From assembly GCF_046290535.1 (NCBI RefSeq), contig NZ_JBKAGU010000044.1, forward strand, positions 91,055 through 155,054: 64,000 bases of DNA, read 5' to 3'. Source of the DNA: Bremerella sp. Its GTDB lineage: Bacteria; Planctomycetota; Planctomycetia; Pirellulales; Pirellulaceae. The stretch's first letter is position 1; each line of letters opens with the position of its first letter. Shown piece by piece: positions 9,512 to 19,615 of this stretch. The translations under genes were made by a program, and so were the position numbers. The notes under the pieces were generated by a model. That model was not told the DNA's origin and searched no databases. It saw only the letters and a list, made by a program, of their open reading frames with translations.

Positions 9512-10369
9512 CTAGCCCATGGTATGTTCCACGAAAAGCGCTTTCAACTTTCGCGTGATCGGGCCAGGCTTGCCGTCGCCGATCTCCCGATCATCAACCT
9601 TCACCACGCCAATCACTTCAGCGGCGGTACCGGTCATGAAGCATTCGTCAGCGACGTAGATATCGTGACGCGTGAGAGTCTTCTCAAAGGTCGGAATTCC
9701 GGCTTCTCGGGCCAATTCCAGCACCACGTCGCGGGTGACACCTTCCAGGATGCCCGCATCCGTTGGTGGGGTCAGCAGGTTGCCATCGCGGACGATGAAG
9801 ATGTTGTCGGCCGTGCACTCCGAGACTTCCCCCTTGTGGTTCAGCATCAAGGCTTCCAGACAACCAGCATTGCTGGCTTCGATTTTGGCCATGATGTTGT
9901 TCAGATAGTTCAGCGACTTGATCCGTGGCGAGAGGGCTGCCGGATGATTGCGGATGGTTGCGGCCGTGATGATCGCCAAACCGTTGTCGTAGAACTCTTG
10001 CGGGTAGAGCTTGATCTTATCGACGATGATGATCACCTGGGGGTTCTCGGTCCGTTCCGGGCCAAGCCCCAGCGTACCGGCACCACGTGTTACGACCAGG
10101 CGAATGTATCCATCGGTGAATTCGCTTTGCTTGAGCGTCTCCAGGCAGGCCTCAGTCATCTCGGCCAGCGTCATCGGGATCTTCAGGCAGATGGCCTTCG
10201 CCGAATCATAAAGGCGGCGGATATGTTGTTCTAGGCGGAAGATCTTTCCGTTGTAGATTCGCAAACCCTCGAACACACCATCACCGTACAATAGGCCATG
10301 ATCGAAAACGCTGACCATGGCTTCATTGGGGGCGTAAAACTTCCCGTTGATAAAGACTTTCGCGGACAT
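9512..10369 (-). CDS. ilvE: Branched-chain amino acid aminotransferase (PLP fold type IV)
   Basis: SVFDHGLLYGDGVFEGLR, GYIRLVVTRG, IKSLNYLNN, ECTADNIF, ILEGVTR, ECFMTGTAAEV; start placed at ATG 10369. Confidence 0.93.
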   Translation of the reverse strand: MSAKVFINGKFYAPNEAMVSVFDHGLLYGDGVFEGLRIYNGKIFRLEQHIRRLYDSAKAICLKIPMTLAEMTEACLETLKQSEFTDGYIRLVVTRGAGTLGLGPERTENPQVIIIVDKIKLYPQEFYDNGLAIITAATIRNHPAALSPRIKSLNYLNNIMAKIEASNAGCLEALMLNHKGEVSECTADNIFIVRDGNLLTPPTDAGILEGVTRDVVLELAREAGIPTFEKTLTRHDIYVADECFMTGTAAEVIGVVKVDDREIGDGKPGPITRKLKALFVEHTMG

Positions 10370-10572
10370 GGGTATCTTACTGGGAGATTCGGTGTGTGGG
10401 GTGGAAACTCGCATTATACCCTAATCCTATGAACTTGCCCTAGAGCCCTCTGAAGGTCTCCCGGCTGGGAGTTTTAAACTTCATACTTCCAGCCAGACAG
10501 TCGAATTGGAGCAAGGTTCAGGAGCCGGGAGTTGTTTTGATCGAAAGAATCGGACTGGCCCATATGGGGGGG

Positions 10573-11208
10573 CTAGATGACGTTGATCGATTTGCGGATC
10601 TCACTCTGAACGACATCGACCGCCTGGGTTCCATCGACCTCTACCACGAGTTCTTTACGGCGGAAAATTTCCAGTACTGGCTTCGTTTTCTCGTGATACT
10701 CGGCCAGGCGGTTGGCCAGAACTTCTTCTGTGTCGTCAGGCCGGCGGACCAGTTTGCCGCCGCAGATATCGCACCGCCCCTCGATCTTTGGGCGATGATC
10801 GATCACGTTGAAGTCGACCCCGCAGTCTTCGCACAAGCGTCGAGCGAGGACTCGTTTCTTGATGACGTCGTCAGGTACCACGATGTGGACGACTGCGTCG
10901 ATATCGTAGCTTTCCAGGAAAAAGGCGGCCTGGTTGGCGTTGCGAGGGAAGCCGTCGAGGATGAAACCAAAGTTCCAGTCGTGTTCTTGCAGGCGACGCT
11001 GAACGATTTCCTCGACGATTTCGTCATCGACCAATTTGCCAGCGTTCAGAATACGCTTGATTTTGGCTGCTAACTTGGTGTGGTTCTTGATGTTCCATCG
11101 CAAGATGTCGCCCACGCCGATATGGGTCAGGTCGAGGTGTTGTTCAAGCAGTTTGGCCTGAGTTCCTTTGCCGGAACCCTGTACGCCCATGAACACATAC
11201 TTGTGCAT
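10573..11208 (-). CDS. adk: Adenylate kinase (zinc-LID type)
   Basis: GVQGSGKGTQ P-loop, GFILDGFPRN, LID with CEDC...CDIC, RRPDDTEE. Confidence 0.9.
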   Translation of the reverse strand: MHKYVFMGVQGSGKGTQAKLLEQHLDLTHIGVGDILRWNIKNHTKLAAKIKRILNAGKLVDDEIVEEIVQRRLQEHDWNFGFILDGFPRNANQAAFFLESYDIDAVVHIVVPDDVIKKRVLARRLCEDCGVDFNVIDHRPKIEGRCDICGGKLVRRPDDTEEVLANRLAEYHEKTKPVLEIFRRKELVVEVDGTQAVDVVQSEIRKSINVI

Positions 11209-11413
11209 GGCGACGTCCTTGCGAAATCAATCAAGTCGTGGGGTATTTTCTATGACAAGTTGTCGATTGTAGTGCTTTACTGCCCCAAGCGGAATTGGCA
11301 AACACGGGAAATGTGGGGTCAGGATGGCGCTATCAGCGGCAGCGTCGTTGCTTTGAGGAGCCATCGACGGTTGACCCGATAGCTTTAGATCCTTACTCAA
11401 ACCGGCAGACGCA

Positions 11414-11866
11414 ATGAGCCCACCCACGATAATTGGATTTGCCGGGAACCTGCTGGTGATGATCAGTCTGGTCTTGCCCAGCGTCACGCATGGTAGCCCC
11501 ATGCTGGGATTCCAGTGTGCCGGCCTGGCCGCAGTGGTCGCCGTGACGCCTGGCCCTGAATATGATCCCGATCCTTCTGATGTGATTTACTGCCGCATCG
11601 CCTGGTTGGCGAATTTTCTTTCCCTGTTTGTGATGATCATTTCGCTTTTGGACGAGAAATCGTTTCAGATTACAACGATCGGAGCATTCGCCGTATTGCT
11701 GTTCTGCCTGCTTTTCGTGCTGTTCAACGATCACCCAGGTGTCTCTGAGCGGTACGTCGGCTATTACCTCTGGCTGCTGGGGCTGCTTTTGATGGGAGGG
11801 GGCGGCATGGCGAGAGTGATCGAAAAAGAGGAAAGCATCGTTGGCCCTGCCAAAGCACTCGACTGA
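11414..11866 (+). CDS. Hypothetical integral membrane protein (about 4 TM helices)
   Basis: Fills the gap between adk and the sulfatase; several hydrophobic segments; no family recognised. Confidence 0.55.
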   Translation: MSPPTIIGFAGNLLVMISLVLPSVTHGSPMLGFQCAGLAAVVAVTPGPEYDPDPSDVIYCRIAWLANFLSLFVMIISLLDEKSFQITTIGAFAVLLFCLLFVLFNDHPGVSERYVGYYLWLLGLLLMGGGGMARVIEKEESIVGPAKALD

Positions 11867-11868
11867 AG

Positions 11869-13194
11869 CTAGTTGCCGGAGTTCTTGAGGCCCGCAAACG
11901 CGCTTTCCAATTCTCGTTTGGCTTCCAGTTGCTCTGGAGATAAATCCTTTGAAATTGATTTCGCTGGCGGCAAGCCAAACTCAACCACCGGTCTGAATTT
12001 GCCTCCGTTAAGCAAGATATAGTCTCGATTGCGGACTAAACGCTGATTGCCGTATTGGGCATGAATCCACGTGCGTTTGTTGCCTTCTTGGCCCAGAAGT
12101 TGTGGGACGAAGCTACGACCGTCCATGTAATTGGCAGGCTTGGCTGCTTGCCCCAGTTCCAGCAAGGTAGGCATCAGGTCGGAAAGGTCGATCAGGTCGT
12201 CATTCACCATCCCAGGCTCGATTGTTCCTGGCCAATTGGCGATCAGGGGAACCCGCGTCCCACGATCGGTCATCGTCCCCTTCCCGCCGTGAACCTGGCG
12301 TGTAACCGTTCCATCAGTCCACGAGCTGACAATGCGTTGATCGCATCCATTGTCCCCGGTGAACACAATCAGCGTGTTGTCGCGTAGGTTTAGTTCGTCG
12401 AGCGCTGCGACGATCTGCCCGACCTGGCTATCGAGATATTCGACCATGTCTTTCATGTATCTCTTGTCGCCGACCCCCTCGGCGGGCTTCAATGGCTCGT
12501 CGCTGTTGGGCGTGGGTTCCCAAGGGTAGTGGGGTAAAAGGGCGGTGTAGTAGACCAGAAATGGCTGCTCCTGGTGTCGCCGCATAAAGTCGATAAGGAA
12601 GTCGACATTGGCCGCAGGGCCATAACCGCCGTGTAACTCTTGTTGCAGTACCTTTCCATTCTGGCGCATGGTTGGGTTGGCATAGCGAGAAGTCTTGTCG
12701 CCGTTGTGAAAGATCTGCCACATCTGCGATTCGTCGAAGCCATGTTCGGCCAATAGATCACGCTCGTCCAAGAACGACAATTGCCACTTCCCGGCCATCG
12801 CCGTGGCATAACCGTTTTGTTTCAGCAACGTGGCAAAGCTGGTCTCTTTTTGTGGATCCAGAAACTCGCGGTGCTCGTCCGGCAAGTAAATAATGCGCGG
12901 AATACCGTTGCGAAAAGGATACCGCCCTGTCAGCATCTGAGCCCGTGTTGGCGAGCAGACGGGGTTGGCAAAGCAGTGCGTAAACCGTATGCCCCCAGCT
13001 GCCAGAGCATCGAGATGGGGTGTCGCGTACGACTGGCCGCCATAGGCTCCAACTCCTTCCATGCCCAGGTCGTCGGCCATGATCACAACCAGGTTGGGTA
13101 AACGGTCTGCGCCGTGGGCCAATCCGGAGGTGAAGAGAAGAAGTAGGGAAGAGATCAATACGGTGAAATGTAAGCGATACACAGAAATAACCAC
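11869..13194 (-). CDS. Sulfatase (formylglycine-dependent), exported
   Basis: Signal peptide; PNLVVIMADDLG, CSPTRAQMLTGRY (CxPxR), GKWQL, NTLIVFTGDNG, GGKG...GTRVP; exact start uncertain. Confidence 0.92.
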   Translation of the reverse strand: MVISVYRLHFTVLISSLLLLFTSGLAHGADRLPNLVVIMADDLGMEGVGAYGGQSYATPHLDALAAGGIRFTHCFANPVCSPTRAQMLTGRYPFRNGIPRIIYLPDEHREFLDPQKETSFATLLKQNGYATAMAGKWQLSFLDERDLLAEHGFDESQMWQIFHNGDKTSRYANPTMRQNGKVLQQELHGGYGPAANVDFLIDFMRRHQEQPFLVYYTALLPHYPWEPTPNSDEPLKPAEGVGDKRYMKDMVEYLDSQVGQIVAALDELNLRDNTLIVFTGDNGCDQRIVSSWTDGTVTRQVHGGKGTMTDRGTRVPLIANWPGTIEPGMVNDDLIDLSDLMPTLLELGQAAKPANYMDGRSFVPQLLGQEGNKRTWIHAQYGNQRLVRNRDYILLNGGKFRPVVEFGLPPAKSISKDLSPEQLEAKRELESAFAGLKNSGN

Positions 13195-13202
13195 GGTATA
13201 AG

Positions 13203-13244
13203 AAAATGCGATTAGGCTGGAATTCGGATAATGCCAGCCTAATC
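13203..13244 (-). terminator. Hairpin, probable terminator of the upstream hypothetical gene
   Basis: Perfect 11-bp inverted repeat GATTAGGCTGG(13210-13220)/CCAGCCTAATC(13234-13244), followed on the minus strand by GCATTTTCTT. Confidence 0.55.
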
Positions 13245-13322
13245 AACCGCTTTGCCGATGTCAGCCCGGTGTATCATTCTGTCTCGCCTGAGCACTTTGA
13301 TTGTACGATGCGTTGCAATGTA

Positions 13323-14186
13323 CTACTGATTCACGCCAATCAGCTTCATGGCATCCTCTGCCTTTTTACTCGACTTTTCGATGAAGTCAGGCGGGAACTC
13401 TTTCGATTTACCAAGGTTACTGCGGATAGATCTAAGGAAGTTCAGGGCAATGTTCTCGTTCACACCGTGCGGGGTGAGACCAACCGCGCCTGATCCGGTG
13501 TGGGTACGGAAGTCGCCGGCATTCTGAAAGCGGGTAACGCCCATCTTCGCGGCCAGATTGTGGGGACGCAGCAGCGCGACTAAGTCATTCATGAACGCGT
13601 TTTCCTGGCGTCCACCGCCCCCATTGGTATAGCGAAGTCCAAGCGGCCACGCCGGCGACGGTGATGCCAACGAGTAGACTCGAACGAATTTCAGCGCCGC
13701 GGAACCCAAGGTGCGTTCGATAATGAATAAGGCATTCGAGGTGATCAGGTTACCTTGGCTATGGGCGATGATGATCGTGTTTTGGCCATAGTTGTTCGCC
13801 ACTTCACGGAACAAGGTGACCGTTGCCTGATTCCAGACAACTGAGCCTTTGACGGTTTCTTCGACGATCTTCTTGACCTCGTCTTCCCGTAGTTTTTTGC
13901 CAGGGACAAGCTTGCGATTGCCAAACACCCGGGCACTGGCATTTTGTGTGTAGTCCAGTAGGCACTGCCCCAGGTCCAGGATCGCCCCGTTGGACAAGTT
14001 GTAAACGCCATAGACAGGATGTTCACAGAGGATCGAAAGCAGCGAGGCCGTCAGGGCATGATCTTTTGCGCTGTTGCGAATACCGTTGACGTAATACAGC
14101 CGAGGAGTATTCACGGCGATGTTCAGCAAGTTGTACTTGTTGACCTCGCCATCTTTATTGGGGACCGTAGGAATCGTAGGAGCCAT
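13323..14186 (-). CDS. Hypothetical protein with an alpha/beta-hydrolase-like nucleophile motif
   Basis: ATG 14186 preceded by GAGGAAGG; YYVNGIRN strand and IIAHSQGN (HSQG) elbow, LASP, C-terminal LTPHG. Confidence 0.65.
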   Translation of the reverse strand: MAPTIPTVPNKDGEVNKYNLLNIAVNTPRLYYVNGIRNSAKDHALTASLLSILCEHPVYGVYNLSNGAILDLGQCLLDYTQNASARVFGNRKLVPGKKLREDEVKKIVEETVKGSVVWNQATVTLFREVANNYGQNTIIIAHSQGNLITSNALFIIERTLGSAALKFVRVYSLASPSPAWPLGLRYTNGGGGRQENAFMNDLVALLRPHNLAAKMGVTRFQNAGDFRTHTGSGAVGLTPHGVNENIALNFLRSIRSNLGKSKEFPPDFIEKSSKKAEDAMKLIGVNQ

Positions 14187-14609
14187 CGCTAACCTTCCTC
14201 GGGGCAGAACGTATTTAAGAAAAGCAGCGGGCAAGATCATCATTCTCGTGCCAGCCAATTTGGACGCTTGGCAGGATTAACGGCCCATGTCTCCGTTCGT
14301 TGCCGAGATTCGCCAAGAATCAGCAAAATAATCGAACGTACTTGATGGGAGTCCGATTGAAGGTCAGTTTGCTGCAAAGAAGTCCATCTGTGTTACCGGG
14401 AAGTCCTTGCTTTGCGACATTATTTGGCATGGGGTCAGGAGCCTGTCGGTTTCCGATCGTCCGTTATTGTCATGAATTATGAGACGAAGAGTCGACTTGG
14501 CAGGAGCTGGAGTCCCTTGTTTTGCGACATGTAAAGGAGGCACTGGGGCCATCTATGGAGTATCCTAGCGGGTAGCAACCCCTTTGTGTTCGCCTGATGA
14601 GTCCCGATC

Positions 14610-15908
14610 ATGTGTACAGCAACTCTACGTATCCTAAATCAAGTTCCAGCTTTCCTCGTTCTGTGCGGCCTGTTCATTTTCGGCCCAATCGCCCTGGTCG
14701 AGGCCGAAGACGCCCGGCAAGCTTGGCGATTTGATCTCGGTAATGGCCCCGTCGCTGCCGGCCATGAGAAAGTCTCGCCTGATCACCATTATAGCGAAGA
14801 GAACACGTTCGGCTTCGATATCAAACCATCACCCAGTGGAGTCGAGCGGTCGTTAGATGATCCGCTACGTAGCGACTTGGTAACAAGTGATCGCCCCTTC
14901 TTTTTCTCGGTACAGTTACCTGAGGGAAACTACCAGGTCACGCTTACCCTTGGTGATGCCGCTGAGGCAACGTCTACCTACGTGAAAGCTGAGTCGCGGA
15001 GGTTAATGCTCCCGAAGGTGGAAACCAAGCCAGGCGAGTTCGCTCAAGTGACCTTCACCGTGAACACGCGCACGCCGGCGATCATTGATGGGGATCATGT
15101 CGGTCTCAAGTCACGCGAGCAAGGCGTACTGCACTGGGACGACAAGCTGACGCTCGAATTCAACGGGAAGAGGCCATCCGTTTGTGCCATCGAAATCACT
15201 GCCAAGCCAGAGGCTGTTACGGTCTTTCTGCTAGGTGATTCCACTGTCACCGATCAGCCCTTGGAGCCGTGGAACAGCTGGGGGCAGATGTTCACACGGT
15301 TCTTTGGGCCAACGGTGGCCGTGGCCAACCACGCAGAGTCTGGCGAGTCGATTAAGGGATCGTTAAGAGCACGCCGCGTTAAGAAAGTTCTCACTTCGCT
15401 CAAGCAAGGGGACTACGTGCTGGTGCAGTTCGGGCACAACGACATGAAAGATAAAGACCCGAATGCCTTGGCTAAGTACAAGGCAAACTATGAGCAGCTG
15501 ATCGACGATGTCCGAGCCAAGGGGGCTACGCCTGTGCTTGTCACCTCTATGGAGCGCAAGGCAGGCGTCAAGCAGCCGACCCTTCGAGACTACCCTGACA
15601 CGGTCCGAGCGATTGCTAAGGAGAAGTACGTTCCTCTAATCGATCTGAACGTTATGAGCATTGCATTGTATAAGGCCCTCGGGGATCGACTAGACGCAGC
15701 ATTTCAAGACGGAAGCCATCACAACGCATTTGGTAGCTATCTTTTGGCAAACTGCGTGGTGGAAGGGATTCGCGAGAACGTCCCCGAACTGGCCAAGCAT
15801 CTGCGGGCGGATCTGCCCCCGTTCAAGCCAACCGAACCAATGGCTCCTGAAGCATTCGATGTACCGGCCAGCCCGAACGGCGACCTGACGAAACCGGATG
15901 GGAGTTAG
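14610..15908 (+). CDS. Rhamnogalacturonan acetylesterase-like SGNH hydrolase with N-terminal beta-sandwich domain
   Basis: FLLGDSTV, SWGQM, NHAESGES, VLVQFGHND, DGSHHNAFG SGNH blocks; N-terminal galactose-binding-like region (LPEGNYQVTLTLGD). Confidence 0.88.
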   Translation: MCTATLRILNQVPAFLVLCGLFIFGPIALVEAEDARQAWRFDLGNGPVAAGHEKVSPDHHYSEENTFGFDIKPSPSGVERSLDDPLRSDLVTSDRPFFFSVQLPEGNYQVTLTLGDAAEATSTYVKAESRRLMLPKVETKPGEFAQVTFTVNTRTPAIIDGDHVGLKSREQGVLHWDDKLTLEFNGKRPSVCAIEITAKPEAVTVFLLGDSTVTDQPLEPWNSWGQMFTRFFGPTVAVANHAESGESIKGSLRARRVKKVLTSLKQGDYVLVQFGHNDMKDKDPNALAKYKANYEQLIDDVRAKGATPVLVTSMERKAGVKQPTLRDYPDTVRAIAKEKYVPLIDLNVMSIALYKALGDRLDAAFQDGSHHNAFGSYLLANCVVEGIRENVPELAKHLRADLPPFKPTEPMAPEAFDVPASPNGDLTKPDGS

Positions 15909-15909
15909 C

Positions 15910-17010
15910 CTAACGCCCGAAATGCTGCTTGAGGAACGTTAAAGTCTTATTGTTCGACCAGGCGTGGCCCCCCTCGAAGAAGTCCGCATCGACGTTCTCT
16001 TCCTGCCCGAGAACTTTGTAAACATTCTTGAGGCGGGCATACTCTTTCCTCGCACCGTCGATCGGGAAGATCGGATCGTCGATGCCATTTATCAGCAGAA
16101 CCGGTCGTGGTGCGTACAGGGCGACTACATCGGCCATCTCTCCTTCCCGCATGATGCCGGGTAGCGTGTTGCAGATGCAGTGATGCATGGCATAGATCGA
16201 CGTGCGGTATTCGGAGAAGGCCCCTGCGATCATCGCCAGTTTGACGCGCTCGTCGAGGATCGGCAGGTACATGGTGAGCGTCCCGCCGCCAGATAAGCCG
16301 CATGCTCCGATCCGATCGGCATCGACTTCCTCTTGCGTTAGAAGGAAGTCGATCACTCGCATCGCGTCCCAGCAGCGAATCCCTTGAGGAGTCATGCCCA
16401 TCAGGAAGGCGTTCATCGTCGTTTCGTGGCAGCTGCGTGGTGGCGACTTGATGCCAAAGTCTTGCCTTCCCACTGTTTCATTCCAGCCCCGAACGACGAT
16501 TGCCGCCGTGATGTAGCCATGCTCGGCCATATACACGGCGTAATCGAGCGCACTGTCGTCCGTCTTCTTCTTTTGGGCCGGCGTTTCGTTCAAGCGAATG
16601 TACGGATCGATCCCACTATGCCCATGGAGGCAGACAATCGCCGGCGTCTTCCCTTGAAGCTCGTGCGGGACGAAGTAGTAAACAGGAGCCCAGTAGTTTC
16701 GCTCGGTCCGCACGTAGATCTTATGCCGCGTAAACTTCTCGAATTTCTCCTCTTCAGCCCACTTCACTTCCAGCGGAACGGCCTCAGGCATTTCGCCCAG
16801 CAGATCGACCACGGTGGCATGCATCTTCTTCCGCCACGCTTCATGCTGCTCGGACGTCGTGGCACTGTACAGCTGAGCCGGTATAACCTGCTGGCTGAGA
16901 AGATTGAAGCTGTGAGAGACGTTGTTCTCTTGAGGGGCATCCTCAGCGGTAGCGATTGAAGTGATGAGGCTCAGGGCGCATAGGAACGGAATAAAGCGAA
17001 ACGCGGTCAT
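15910..17010 (-). CDS. Exported alpha/beta hydrolase (acetylxylan esterase / dienelactone hydrolase-like)
   Basis: Signal peptide; PAIVCLHGH, RIGACGLSGGG nucleophile, APRPVLLING..DPIFP, GGH. Confidence 0.85.
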   Translation of the reverse strand: MTAFRFIPFLCALSLITSIATAEDAPQENNVSHSFNLLSQQVIPAQLYSATTSEQHEAWRKKMHATVVDLLGEMPEAVPLEVKWAEEEKFEKFTRHKIYVRTERNYWAPVYYFVPHELQGKTPAIVCLHGHSGIDPYIRLNETPAQKKKTDDSALDYAVYMAEHGYITAAIVVRGWNETVGRQDFGIKSPPRSCHETTMNAFLMGMTPQGIRCWDAMRVIDFLLTQEEVDADRIGACGLSGGGTLTMYLPILDERVKLAMIAGAFSEYRTSIYAMHHCICNTLPGIMREGEMADVVALYAPRPVLLINGIDDPIFPIDGARKEYARLKNVYKVLGQEENVDADFFEGGHAWSNNKTLTFLKQHFGR

Positions 17011-17137
17011 AGGTGGGATCTCTGGCGGGCGAGTAGGTGGGAAATCATTGATACTAACTTGCCAGACTTTACAGGTGACGGAAAGTGTTATTTGAATTCA
17101 CCAGTAAAAATCCCCACGTCAGGGAGTGAGCAATCGC

Positions 17138-17977
17138 TCAGGCATTATTCGTCAACGCAATCAGATCTTGGGCTAACTGTACCACGCGGCTTTCCGCATT
17201 GTGAACGCGTACGAACGCGATCCGATTCCTGAATCGTTGCATCCAATCGATCGCATCCCCAAGCGGGAAGTAATAGGGGTGGAGTCGGTCGTGGTTTCCG
17301 CAGGAAAAGGAATCGATCTGGATGATACCTGGTTCATCTTCAGGCTTGGCGACGAATGACATCGGAAAGGAGGGCGTCTGCGTGCCACAGCCGAAGCAGG
17401 GTGACGTTGCCGTATGATGCATAAGAGCTTCTAGCGCGTTAACTTCCGGATTCGACTTCATGGCAACATAAGGAAGCGGCTTGCCGCTGGTCAGTTCAGT
17501 TTTCGCCCAGTCGGTCCGCAAGTGCTCAGGCAATATGGCAGCTACTTGTTGCGAGAACAGCCAGTTGCCACCAGCACGCGATACGAGTTCGCAAGGCCGC
17601 GTTTCTAAGGCGAGCGACTCGGCGATCTCTTGATTGTAAATACAACGCTCAACTGCATTGTTGCCGATCGGGCACGTCTCTATAGGTAATAGCTGACTTT
17701 CAAGAGGGGCGAGCACGGCAGCAAATTCATCTTCCTGGAAATCGTTCGGACTGCGGATAAGCTCGTCGTGAAGGGAAAGATTCGCAAGGCGAAGCCCTGC
17801 TTCTTCGACCCGTTTCACGATAGGCGTCTTGTACTCGATCAATTCCTGCAGGTCGAACGTAGCGCGACCACGCCCAGCAAGAAATCCTCTGCCAAGGTCG
17901 AGCAGCTCAGGCGGCTGTTCACGTTGGTGCGGCTCTACGATCTCGCCGAAAAGAATGGTCTTTCCCGGGCTCATCAT
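17138..17977 (-). CDS. Hypothetical Cys-motif protein
   Basis: Long ORF containing TCPIG...RC and PCFGCG; start moved from 18055 to ATG 17977 because a terminator lies at 17994-18023. Confidence 0.55.
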   Translation of the reverse strand: MMSPGKTILFGEIVEPHQREQPPELLDLGRGFLAGRGRATFDLQELIEYKTPIVKRVEEAGLRLANLSLHDELIRSPNDFQEDEFAAVLAPLESQLLPIETCPIGNNAVERCIYNQEIAESLALETRPCELVSRAGGNWLFSQQVAAILPEHLRTDWAKTELTSGKPLPYVAMKSNPEVNALEALMHHTATSPCFGCGTQTPSFPMSFVAKPEDEPGIIQIDSFSCGNHDRLHPYYFPLGDAIDWMQRFRNRIAFVRVHNAESRVVQLAQDLIALTNNA

Positions 17978-17993
17978 CAGGCTCCCGACTACT

Positions 17994-18023
17994 AAAAAAA
18001 TACCCACGCTTATGGCGTGGGCA
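17994..18023 (-). terminator. Intrinsic terminator after phoH
   Basis: Minus strand TGCCCACGC-CATAA-GCGTGGGTA followed by T7, about 30 nt after the phoH stop. Confidence 0.8.
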
Positions 18024-18054
18024 TTCAAGTGAACTTCGCGATTCAATTGCCGCA

Positions 18055-19398
18055 CTAAAGTAGCTCGCTGGCGATATCGGCCAGTTCCGAACGTTCGCCT
18101 TTCTCGAGCGAGATATGGGCATACAGGTCTTGTCCTTTCATGCGGTTGATCATGTACGACAAACCGTTGGACAGGCTATCCAGGTACGGATGGTCGATCT
18201 GGTTGATATCGCCAGTGAAAACGATCTTGGTTCCTTCGCCTGCCCGGGTGATGATCGTTTTCACCTCGTGCGGGGTCAGGTTCTGGGCTTCGTCAACAAT
18301 CATGTACATTCGCTGTAGGCTACGTCCGCGGATGTAAGCCAGTGGCGTAATGACCAGTTTTTCCTGCTCCAGCATGCGGTTGATGCGTTGGGCCTCTTTG
18401 TCGGTATCGTTGAACTGGTGCCGAATCACCGAGAGGTTATCGAACAGCGGCTGCATGTAGGGGTCCATCTTCGCCGAGATATCGCCAGGCAAGTAGCCCA
18501 GGTCTCGGTTGGAAAGCGGAACCACTGGTCGAGCCAGTAGGATCTGGCGATAGGCGGACGAACAAGCCAGTGCCGACGATAACGCAAGCAGCGTCTTACC
18601 GGTACCTGCTTTGCCGGCCAGGGTGACCAACTTGATGTTGTCGTCCATCAGCGCCTTGATGGCAAAGACCTGTTCGGCGTTACGTGGCTTGATACCGTAA
18701 GGGCTGTACTTTTCAATCCGCCGCAAGATTTGATCTTCGCGATTGAAAGTCGCAAGTACAGACTTCGAACCGTTTCGTAGGACGAAGTTTTCGTTGGCGA
18801 TCGGGTCGCATACTTCGGGGAAGTCTTCCAGCTGTACGTGGCCAGAGTCGTGATAGAAACGATCGATTTGTTCGGTCGTAATGTTCTCGAGAATTCGACG
18901 GCCTGAGTAGAGGCTGTCGAAACTCTCGACTTTGTCGTTGATGTAGTCCTGTGCCTGAAGCCCCAGGCTTTTGGCTTTCATCCGCAAATTGACGTCTTTG
19001 GTGATCAGAATCACGCGTCGATCATTGACGGATCGCTGCAGATGAAGAGCCGTGTTGAGAATGCGATTGTCAGGCGAGTCGTGTAAGAAAACTTGATGGA
19101 GCCGGGCGTCTAACTCGTTGGTGATGATAACCCGGAGACGGCCTTGTTCTTCGCCGAGATGGGCCCCTTCTTCAGAGAGGAGATCACCGGTCATCTGGTC
19201 GATCTGGCGAAGAAACTCGCGGGCCTGGAAATTGATGTCCTCGTTACCCTTTTTGAACCTGTCCAGTTCTTCGAGGACGGTGATGGGCAAGGCCACATCG
19301 TGCTCCTCAAAGTTTTGGAAGGATCTTGCGTCGTGCAAGATAACGTTGGTGTCGAGAACAAAAAGCTTTAACTGCGTCTGCACCGACTGACTGATCAT
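18055..19398 (-). CDS. phoH: PhoH-family protein with N-terminal PIN domain (PhoH2/YlaK type)
   Basis: [14 protein letters not shown] start, [18 protein letters not shown]; GKAGTGKT P-loop, [40 protein letters not shown]. Confidence 0.93.
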   Translation of the reverse strand: MISQSVQTQLKLFVLDTNVILHDARSFQNFEEHDVALPITVLEELDRFKKGNEDINFQAREFLRQIDQMTGDLLSEEGAHLGEEQGRLRVIITNELDARLHQVFLHDSPDNRILNTALHLQRSVNDRRVILITKDVNLRMKAKSLGLQAQDYINDKVESFDSLYSGRRILENITTEQIDRFYHDSGHVQLEDFPEVCDPIANENFVLRNGSKSVLATFNREDQILRRIEKYSPYGIKPRNAEQVFAIKALMDDNIKLVTLAGKAGTGKTLLALSSALACSSAYRQILLARPVVPLSNRDLGYLPGDISAKMDPYMQPLFDNLSVIRHQFNDTDKEAQRINRMLEQEKLVITPLAYIRGRSLQRMYMIVDEAQNLTPHEVKTIITRAGEGTKIVFTGDINQIDHPYLDSLSNGLSYMINRMKGQDLYAHISLEKGERSELADIASELL

Positions 19399-19615
19399 GC
19401 GTTCTCCGTTTGCACGGGACCATGGGCACGCGAGAATGAAATGCCGAGTCGAAGGGCAACTGTGCGTCCCTTGTGGTCACAATCCATTGCTTAGCTGGAT
19501 TGTGACCGAGGTGCCATCCTGGGAAAAGCCCGCTTTTTGGCCGTCGTAGCATTTTCAGGAAAATAGGCGAACTACCGGAGATGGCCACCTCTGAGTATTT
19601 TCCGTGCGTTAACCC

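Noticed and set aside
17978-18055. N-terminal extension of the ORF annotated 17138-18055
   Set aside because: It overlaps the phoH stop codon and spans phoH's terminator; unlikely to be translated.
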